Assembly (NCBI GenBank): GCA_013239625.1
Contig: MU053881.1
Span: forward strand, 1,922,001-1,986,000
Direction: 5' to 3'
DNA length: 64,000 nt
Source of the DNA: Lama guanicoe
Taxonomy: Eukaryota
The notes under the pieces were generated by a model that did no database searches, was not told the DNA's origin, and saw nothing but the letters and a program-made list of their open reading frames with translations. How positions within the stretch are numbered: the stretch's first letter is position 1; each line of letters starts with the position of its first letter. Below, in pieces: positions 38,828 to 64,000 of this stretch. Made by a program: the position numbers and the translations under genes.

Positions 38828-41800
38828 AGGAACTTCCTGGTAACAATGTATGAATTTTCGCTTGCATCAGGACTTTGGGTGGCAACCAAAACTGGCTTAA
38901 GCAAAAACAGGGAATTTATTGGTTTACGTAACTGAAACGTATAAGTGGTGGTTCTAAATTCAAGTGTCATCGCATCCCAGGTCTCAAATGGGATCACTCA
39001 AAATTTGTCTTCCCCATATTCTGACTCTGCTTTTAATCTGCATTGTCTTTATTCTCAGGCCATTTCTGAGATGTTAAAGATGGCTGCTGGCAGCTTCAAG
39101 CTCACTTCCTAACAATACGGCTTTCTTTTATGGAACGAAAAAGCCTCTATCTTGATTCCAGCAAAAATCCTGGGGCTGCCTCTCATTGGTTTAATTTGGG
39201 TCAAGTGTACATTTTGAACCAATCACTGAGGACAGAAAGAAGCAGTGTTCTGATTGGCCAGGTCTGGATCACATGCCCATCCCACCCTCAGCTGAGGGAT
39301 GGGTAAGCTTCTATCCACTGGATGGGAGAGGGGGTGGGTCCTTCCCCAAAGGAACATGGAGGGCTCTTACTAGATTAAGGGAGAATGAATGCTAAAGAGG
39401 AGAAATGACAGACATCCACCTCAGGTTCTCAAATTATGTTCCACTGCTGTAAACACCTTGAATTTTCTGGAATTCAAAGAAAGAGGCAGAAGGAATGGAG
39501 AGAAGTGGAGGGATTTCAGAAATATGTAGGCAGTGGAATGAGCAGAACTCGGAGGCTGGTTAGACTTGAGGCACAAGGGAAGGTGAAAGTTCTTGGCTGC
39601 AAGCAACCGAAGATAACTCTAGCTACTTAAATGAAAAGGAACTTACTTTATGGGAAGGCCCTCAGGGGTTCATAGCATTAACTAGATGGAACAGGCTTGG
39701 AAACAGGCAGGAATTATGGGCTACTAGAGGAGCAGGAAGCAGGAATTACAGCAGACACTGTGGTTGTGCATCTAATGTTCATACCACTCCTCTTCCTTGT
39801 TTGCAGAGTCCCAGTTCTGTTCCTGCGGCCACTTTACCTCACATACTTCTGACTTGGCTCTAGGGTTGATTGGTCTAAGCCACTTACAGAAATCCCCTTA
39901 CCTTTGCCAGAGATTGGTTTAGGAGAGTCAGGTGACCCAGTTCAGGTCATTGAGCCATGAGGGGAGGTCTGCTTGGGAATTTTTTTTGGAGGAAGGTTTC
40001 CTCATTTTTAAGAAGGATCTACTGGAAGGGAAGGTCCCTCTTCACTGGAGTTTAGCCATGATTCCTGGAACTGTGGCAGCTGTCCTGTGAGGGAATCAGC
40101 CTGAAGGTATGCACACTGAGGACCACAGTAAACACAAGTAAGAAAGAACTTGGGTTCTTAATGACGTTGTTAAAGCACTGAAAGCCCTGTTCCTGGAGCT
40201 CCTCCACTCTAGACCTCTTCTGTTGTGAAATGATGAATTTGAATTTCCTCACTGCTTAAGCTTACTTTTTGGAAGGCATAAGCATCCTGACTTATGCCAT
40301 GTTTTAGGGACAACCTGGTCAGGGCACAGCTGGTGCAATGCCAGACCTCCAATCCCAACTCTTTTCATCAACCTTGTGTGGCCTGCTCAGGATTCAGAGT
40401 CCTGGGAGAGAGCACCTGTTATCCAGATTTAGGACCCTCTGGCTATGCTAAGGTAGGGAGAGGGTGATCTGGTCCTTTAGGCTTCCATAGTGGGAGTTGG
40501 TCACTGGAAATTACCTTTCCCCCACACAAGGGGGGAGGGATGACCCAAATGGAAGCTGGGAGACCAGAGAAAGGGGGAATGCATGTTGAGCATCCAAATA
40601 TCCATCCATGTGCATCTCCAATCCCAGTAGACTCCATGCCTCATTGCACCTTCTCTACAAAGCACCGTGTGCTCACCACATTCTTCATTTGATGTGCTAC
40701 ATTCAGGCTTCTGTGAAGTTGTATTACTCACTCTGCCTGGAGGCCTTTCTCTCTCTTTCCCACCTGCAAACCCCTATTTATTGTGAAGATGTGTTCAAAA
40801 GGCCCCTTCCATTCGGAGGGAGAGCTGGCTTCTCACCAGGAGGAAAGAGCCAATGTGGGACCAGTTCTAGGCCAGGGACTGTGTTCAGGTGCAATCAAGA
40901 ACTGAGGAAGCAGCTTTCACTTTAATGAGCTCGTCTATACATCTCATAGTTTCACTTTCATCGTGGTATTAATAGCAGTCACATCAACCTCTAAAAACAA
41001 TTGTTGAAAAGGTGCCTCTATTCTTGCCTTCCTGTTGCTGTATTTAGGCTTCCATCGTGTTCCAGGAAGTCTTCCATGGCCGTCCTCTACTCTAGCAGAA
41101 TTAAGAATTTGCTACATTCTATCTTCACTTCATTTCCCACAAGTTACTTTGTATCAGTCAAGACTCCTTTGATTGAAAGTGATGGAAGTTCATTCCAATT
41201 GGTTTTATCCGTTCATGTAACTGAGAATTCTTGAGGGTATTTCTAGTTTTCAGATCCAGGCTCTCAAATAAAATAACCCATAATCAGTCCATCTGTATTA
41301 GTTATCAAATGCTGGGTAACAAAACATCCTAAAACGTATGGCTTAAAACAACACAAATCAATGGCCATTTTTCAGTTTCAGAGGTTCAAGTATTCAGGTG
41401 CAGCTTAGCTGGATGGTCTGTCTTGAGGTCTCATAAGTTTGCAGGCCAGATACTGGCTGGGGCTGCAGTACCCGTATCAAAAATGGTTCATTCACACAGC
41501 TGTCATATTGGTTCTGGCTGTTGGCAGGAGGCTTTGCTTTCTCCCCACATGGCCCTCTCTGCAGGGCAGCTTGAGTGTCCTCACAGAACGGCAGCTGCTT
41601 CCCCCAGAGTGAGTGATTCATGAGATAAAGGCAGAAACTGCAATGCCTTTTGTAACCTGGGCTTGAAAGTAAACACAATCATTTCTGCCATATCCTACTG
41701 GACACACAGAACAGCCCTGACTGGTGTGGGAAGGTACTACACAAGAGCATGAATTCTTGGAGGTGACGGTCAGTGAGGATCATCTAGGAGGCTGCCTCCC

Positions 41801-42319
41801 ACGGTGTTCCTCCATCCTTCCTTCCCTGTTTAACCTGCTATTCCTATGTGTACACTTCTTTCTCAGGTAGACCCTCCCCAAGCAGTGACAAAGATGGCCA
41901 TCAACATCTCCAGGCTCTTGTTCTTATGGACCTCAGTGGGAAGAAAGTACCTTTATCCCAAAATTTCTGGCTTAAGTCCCAAGGCTGAGTCTGACTGGCC
42001 AAACTTGTGTGTAGCATATCCTTGAACCAATCACTGTCGCCTTGGGATATTATGGTCTGATTGGCCAGAGCTAGGCCACACTCCCAGCCCTAGACCTGAG
42101 GATAGAGTTCGCAGTACTAGAGATTCATGGAGGGGATGAAGGAGGATTGGCTCCCAAAGGAAAAATCAGAGTGTCCTTACTGAACCAATGTGAATGGCTG
42201 TTGAGCAGGAAAAACAATACATGACCACTCCATCTCCCTCCCTTGTGCTCCCTCTGCATATTTTAGCAACCTTTGGTTTTGTATTTTTAGTATTATTTTC
42301 TATGGGATTATTTAATTTC

Positions 42320-43090
42320 TGTGGTAGGTAGAACTCTAAGATGGCCCCCAAGATCCCTGGTGTAAACATACCTTCTCCCAGTTAGTCAGTTAAACACTGG
42401 TCTAGATGTTCTGTAGAAGAATGCTGCAAATGTAATTTAGGTGCCAAATCAGTTGACTTTAACAGAGGGAGATCATTCTTGGTGGGGCTGACCTAATCAG
42501 ATGAGCCCTTAAAAGGGACAGTCTTCTACCTGACAAAAGAAATTCAAAGGGTGAGAGAGAGTCAAATAGGGGAGATTGTCTGTTGTTGGCTTGAAAGATG
42601 GAAAGGGTCTTATGGCGAGAAACGCAGGCAGTGTCTAGGAGCTGAGGGCAGCCCCTGGCTGACAGCTTGCAAAGAAACAGGCACCTCAGTCTTACAAACA
42701 CAAGGAACTGAATTCTGCCAGTGACCTGAATGAATTTGAAAGGGGATTTTTCCCCCAGAGCCTCCAGAGAACTCAGCCTTAAAGTCAGTTTTGTGAGACC
42801 CTGAGCAGAAAACTGAGTCATGCAAATGCCTGAATTTCAACCTACAGATTTGTGAACTAATAAATGGATTTTTTTTAATTTTATTTTTATTTATTGTTTT
42901 GGAGGGGAGAGGTCATTAAGTCTATTAATTTATTTATTACTATTTTTTTAAATGGGGGTACTGGGGATTGAATCCAGAACCTTGTGCATGCTAAGCTTGT
43001 GCTCCACCACTGAGCTATACCCTCCCACCAAAGGATGTTGTTTGAAACTGCAAAGATCGTGGTTAATTTTAGGCAGCAATAAAACAAATA
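42320..43090 (+). mobile_element. MaLR (MLT1-type) LTR interrupted by a tRNA-derived SINE at about 42868-43029
   Basis: tgtggtaggtagaactctaagatggcccc start, ...ggcagcaataaaac end; nested SINE. Confidence 0.7.
42868..43029 (-). mobile_element. tRNA-Ala-derived SINE
   Basis: ggtactggggattgaatccagaaccttgtgcatgctaagcttgtgctccaccactgagctataccctccc. Confidence 0.85.
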
Positions 43091-43339
43091 GATATACTTC
43101 GCTGTGGACACTAGGGTGTCTAAAGTAGGGAGCGTCTCTTGGATCTCCTTAACGTCCTCATCTCTAACAGGACCTGAGTCAGAAGCAGGTCCCTATTCCT
43201 GCTTCTGGTTCTACTATCTGGGGAAGAGGGGGGGAGACTTGCTCCCCACCCACCAACTCCCAGCTTTCCCATCCTTGGGGCCCTACCAAGGAAACTCTTT
43301 GCTTGGCTTTCCATAAACAGCCTGTGCCCCACCAGGCCC

Positions 43340-43443
43340 AGGATGGCAGCTCGACCAATCTCTGCTTCCCAGGCCTCAGGACCTTTGACCGAGTCTATTG
43401 ATCTGGACTCCTGTGCAAGTGGTTGGACCAACAGACAGACGCC
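43340..43443 (+). promoter_or_regulatory. F12: F12 proximal promoter and 5' UTR: CCAAT (43355-43359), DR1/HNF4-type site ggacctttgaccg (43379-43391)
   Basis: Motifs read directly; TATA-less liver-type promoter immediately upstream of the ATG. Confidence 0.6.
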
Positions 43444-50776
<7,333 letters not shown>

Positions 50777-50912
50777 CCGACCAGGGACTCGTCTTTCCTT
50801 CCTGCGCAATTCTAGAATGGAAGGGTGGCTGGGGCAAGATCACAGACAGCAAGGATTGTGTTCCATTCCCCCCAAGGCTGCCAGCCCAGCGCCAGGCATG
50901 GCATTGGCACTC

Positions 50913-50918
50913 AATAAA
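50913..50918 (+). terminator. F12: F12 polyadenylation signal AATAAA
   Basis: Canonical hexamer 137 nt after the stop. Confidence 0.8.
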
Positions 50919-51164
50919 GTGCTTTTGAAAATGCTTCAAAGGCACAGCTCTTCAGGGAGCCTACTGAAAAAATGCCACTACAGTAAGCCGGTGCACAACT
51001 TCTCCACGCCCCTTCCGAGAAAGGAATCTGCTGCGACCTTATACAAGATTTAGATTCACGTCCAGCTGACACTTACTGAGCCGTAAACACTGTGCTCCAA
51101 GCTCTGTGCAAGGTGATTCCACATATTATTCCTCGTATAAAACGAATACTGTAAGTTTATAGAG

Positions 51165-51570
51165 CAGGAGTTCTCAGAATCACCTTGGGGGGCTTTTTGA
51201 ACCTATGCCCAATATCCACCTCAGGTCAGTTAAATCAGCATCTCTAGGGATGGGAGCGTGGTAGCTGCATGTTTTTAAAACTTCCCAGGTGACTCCGTCT
51301 GCAGCGGAGGTTCAGAACCATGGTTAAAAGTACTTAACATTGAAACAGTGGTGTGGACCCTTAAGGCTGATCTTCACTCCTGTCCCAGCTGGGACTAGGG
51401 CAGTGGGTCTCAAAGTGTTTCCTGGACCAGCAGCAGGGTCCTCAGGGAACCTGTGAGAAATGCATATTCTCTGGTCACATTCCATACTGCAGAATGAGAC
51501 CCTCTGAGTTGGGGCCCAGCAATCTGTTTGACAGCTTTCTAGGAGATTTTGGGAAGTGTTTGAGAACCAT
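51165..51570. mobile_element. Two MER5-like hAT MITE remnants
   Basis: gttctcagaatcacc...ggttcagaacca and cagtgggtctcaaagtg...gtttgagaacca termini. Confidence 0.55.
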
Positions 51571-51779
51571 GCTCTGGGGGTTGAATGGCTACCAAGCCAA
51601 GAGGTCCGGCTGTCCAGACCTGGTGTCTTTCTTTCTGTTCTTAAACCCACTTGCTCGGTACTTGATGGACATATAAGTTGGGTTTTTTTGTTTTTTTGTT
51701 TTTGTTTTTTGAGGGTTATTTTGACTTCTGATTCCCGCCTTCAGAGTAACTTTAGAACTTCATCAGGCGTAAGATACGA

Positions 51780-51966
51780 ACGCCGCCCCCGCCGCCCCGC
51801 CCCGCCCCGCCCCATTCTCTAGCGTAAGTAGCGCTTCGGTGACGTCGCGGTACCTCAACGTCACAGCCCCGCCCCTGAACACGTCACAGTGCCCCGGGCG
51901 TTCCGGGCGTGCGGCGCACCCAGACGACCCTCCAAGTGCAAGGCGAGGGGTGCACTCTGAGCCAGA
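51780..51966 (+). promoter_or_regulatory. PFN3: PFN3 promoter: GC boxes and clustered CRE-like sites (51840-51847, 51857-51863, 51880-51886)
   Basis: ccccgcc repeats; tgacgtcg, aacgtca and cacgtca directly upstream of the ATG. Confidence 0.6.
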
Positions 51967-52380
51967 ATGGGCGACTGGAAAGTCTACATCAGCGCGGTGC
52001 TGCGGGACCAGCGCATCGACGACGTGGCTATCGTGGGCCACTCGGACAATCGCTGCGTGTGGGCATCGCGGCCCGGGGGCCTGCTGGCGGCCATCTCACC
52101 GCAGGAGGTGGGTGTGCTCACGGGGCCGGATCGGCGCACCTTCCTGCAGGCCGGCCTGAGCGTGGCGGGGCGCCGCTGCTGCGTCATCCGCGACCACCTG
52201 CTGGCCGAGGGCGACGGAGTGCTGGACGCGCGCACCAAGGGGCTGGACGGGCGCGCCGTCTGCGCCGGCCACACGCCGCGTGCGCTCCTCGTGCTCATGG
52301 GCCGACGGGGCGTGCACGGGGGCGTTCTCAACAAGACGATGCACGAGCTGATCCACGGGCTGCGAATGCAGGGCACCTAG
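51967..52380 (+). CDS. PFN3: Profilin 3, single exon, 137 aa
   Basis: [38 protein letters not shown]...[23 protein letters not shown] at 52403-52408. Confidence 0.97.
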   Translation: MGDWKVYISAVLRDQRIDDVAIVGHSDNRCVWASRPGGLLAAISPQEVGVLTGPDRRTFLQAGLSVAGRRCCVIRDHLLAEGDGVLDARTKGLDGRAVCAGHTPRALLVLMGRRGVHGGVLNKTMHELIHGLRMQGT

Positions 52381-54214
52381 CAGGACCAGCAGCCGGCGCC
52401 AAAATAAACTCTGACCTGGTCATGGCAGACTCATCCTCCGGCTGTGAGGGCAGGGGAAGTTGCAGACGAGGAAACCAGTTTACTAGATGAATCTTGCAGA
52501 AGGGTTACCTGGGGAGGCTAGTGTTATGAGTCCAGAAGCATCCCAGCCTCCTGAGCCCTGCACCTGGCCCTCCCATTGGTGCCCTGCAGAGGCCTCTGGC
52601 CGCACTCCTTAGGCCACCATCCTGGGGGCCTTGGGGCCTTCCAGGGTCCTAGGGACACTGAAACTGAGGAGGGAGTGGACTTCTCAAACCCTCTAGCTCA
52701 GGCCTGAGTATCCTTTCCCACAAAATTCTTCCCAAGTCGGTGCAGGACAAACTGTAAGGAGGTCTCCTCCCCAGCCTCCCACATGACTCCCCAGGCTAGA
52801 GGCCAGTGTCCTCACCCCCTCCACTTGGCCAAAGGTAACACTAGCAAGCATTGTAAATGGGTGACAGGGTGGGGCTGGGAGCTTGGAGAACAGCTTCTGG
52901 GGCTCCCAGGTCCTTGCATCTCCCCCAACAAATTTCAAAGGAACTGGAGGTGGTGGGTGGGGAGGCACTTGTTCCAGACCACCAGAACCCAGTCTTAGGC
53001 CCTGCAGCCTTCCTGCCCCCTTGGGGTTCAAAGGCCCCAGAGTTGCCCCTGGGTTAGAGGGAGGAACTCTGGCACCCCCTACCTCTTCAGGCCTCAGCTG
53101 AGGGAAGGGGGAAGAGGAATTGAGGAGGAGAGACTGAAAAAGTTGGGTGGGTTTAAATAAGGTCTGGTTTATGGCCCAAAGGTAGAGGACAAAGGTGGGA
53201 GGGAAGGTGGCTGGTCCCTGCTCTCTGTGCACTAGGGCCCAGGGCATGGCCTCTCTTGCCCAACTCCACCCTCCCTGTCCCTTCCTCCAGTGGGCCTGAC
53301 AAGCTTCTACTTGTCACTTGTTTTCTGGAGAACTGATTTCATCCCAGAAAGAGGGAGACAGACAGACAATGAGCTGGGTGAGTCCAGTGGCAGATAGAGA
53401 CCAGAGGAGGTCAGCCTGGTGGGGTTGGGGGATGGAGGTACAGAGAGACCTCCTTGCATTCGCCTTGGGGTGGCCCAAGGGGGGCTTCCAGGGAGTTTGA
53501 ACTGCGGATTGCACTAATTAGGTAGGGCCAGGTGGATTGTGAGGGTGAGCCTGCAGGCGGGCTCCTCCAGGACATAGCGGGCTGCCTTTGGGAAGGGAGA
53601 GAGTGCTGCTGAACCCCAAACCGTGGACTCTCCTTCCCCGCTAGATGGAGAGAAACAGACTTCCAAGTGCACAATGAGTTTCATTCTTTTTTTTTCCTTC
53701 TTCTTCTTAATCAGGCAGTGTTGGGGAAGGGGGTTGAAGCGGTGACAGAGAAAACCTGAATGAGGATGAGGAGAGTGGTATCATGGGGGAAGGAAGGTGG
53801 CAGGGACAGGGCTAGAGTTCAGCCAGTGACTCAGGCACCCACATCATGCACAAGCAAACAGCTGCGAGTCACGTACTCAGACCCACCCTTACTCCTGTCC
53901 AGCCCAGTGGGAGTTGTGTGTACACAAGGACACAAGCGCAGGCCTCCAAATGCATGTGCAAAGTACCCTGCAGCTGGCATGCAGCACCCCGCTGCCAGGT
54001 GCGTGGGTACACATGTGCAGGCTGACACACAGGCTTACCCCAACAGGCCCATGTGTGCTCATACACTCACCCTGAGCCACACAAGCCAAGACCTCCCAGG
54101 ACCTGCACAGGGACAGGTGCGTGCCCACAGTACACAGACACACCCCTCTGCCCTTCCACCCAGGGCACCAGGCACAGGCCCTTCCTGGCTCCAGGAGCCA
54201 GTCTGGGCCAGAGC

Positions 54215-63272
<9,058 letters not shown>

Positions 63273-63514
63273 CTACCCACATGCAGGCCCCCAGCGGGCA
63301 TTCCTGCCAGGTTGCTGGCTGCGCCCAGGCTTGGCGTCGCAGGTGCACGGGGGCACGTGCTGTGTGTTTACGTGTGTGCGGGCACGTAAACTGAGGCACC
63401 CCCTGCGCAGATGTGAACACATGTGTGGGCGCGTGTACATGGGGGCGTGGGTCCTGTACGCAAGTGGTCTCTGTGCTTGCGTGTGCGCGTGTGTACTCAG
63501 TTATGCAATCCAGC

Positions 63515-63830
63515 ACTAATCTAGATGTTGCTGTAAAGGTATTTTGTGGATGGGATTTGTCTCAACCATCAGTTGACCTTAATTAAAGGAGATTGACCTC
63601 TGTTGGGCCTCGTGCAATGAGATTAAAGGCCTTAGGAGCAAAACTGAGGCTTCCCTGAAGAAAAAGAAGTTCCACTTGTGCACCGCAGCTCCGGCTGCTG
63701 CCCAAGAGTTCCAGCCTGCCCTACAGATTTTGGACTTGCCCAGCCAGCCTCACAGTCACGTAAGCCAATTTCTTGCAATAAATCCTAGCCCCCTGCATAT
63801 GTCCTGCAGGTTCTCTGCTTCTGCTCCACT
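63515..63830 (+). mobile_element. ERVL MLT2-type LTR remnant
   Basis: ctagatgttgctgtaaaggtattttgtggatg...cagttgacctt...gtaagccaatttcttgcaataaatc. Confidence 0.65.
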
Positions 63831-64000
63831 GATTGGTGGCTGAGTGACTCCACGGAGGTGAGCCTTCCTGGGGCTCTAGCCCCCATCTGCCACTCTTCCC
63901 AGCTCCTGGAGCCCCCCTCCTGGCTGAGACTCCAGGCCCTGCTTTGGAGGACAGAGTGTGAAATGCCAGAGCTGCCCACTGCCCTCAGCCTCCTGCCCCC

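Noticed and set aside
33500..43100. Many short ORFs in the GRK6-F12 intergenic region
   Set aside because: Region is mostly L2/L1/MaLR/SINE remnants; no coding signature

Overview
Mammalian genomic DNA, most likely camelid (six tRNA-Ala(AGC)-derived SINE copies of the Vic-1 type; intact F12, which argues against a cetacean). It covers the syntenic block DBN1(+, 3' part) - PRR7(-) - GRK6(-) - F12(+) - PFN3(+) - SLC34A1(-, exons 6-13). All exons were traced by hand with splice sites and reading phase; the four complete genes look intact. Introns and intergenic DNA carry SINE, L1, L2, MIR, MaLR/ERVL LTR and DNA-transposon remnants, and there is one 113-nt assembly gap. I see no wholly new multi-gene system. 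The best leads are: (1) a strong-Kozak 53-aa uORF in the PRR7 leader, in frame with PRR7, with an MGxxxS-CFCC dual-acylation-like N-terminus; (2) an 18-nt tandem duplication in the dual-frame last exon of GRK6 that doubles the ELPxRL motif while keeping both reading frames; (3) the 2-nt 'AG' micro-exon that selects the GRK6 A/B/C C-termini; (4) tandem perfect CRE palindromes in PRR7; (5) an apparently degenerate estrogen element next to a good DR1 site in the F12 promoter. Comparisons with human sequences are from memory and need alignment.
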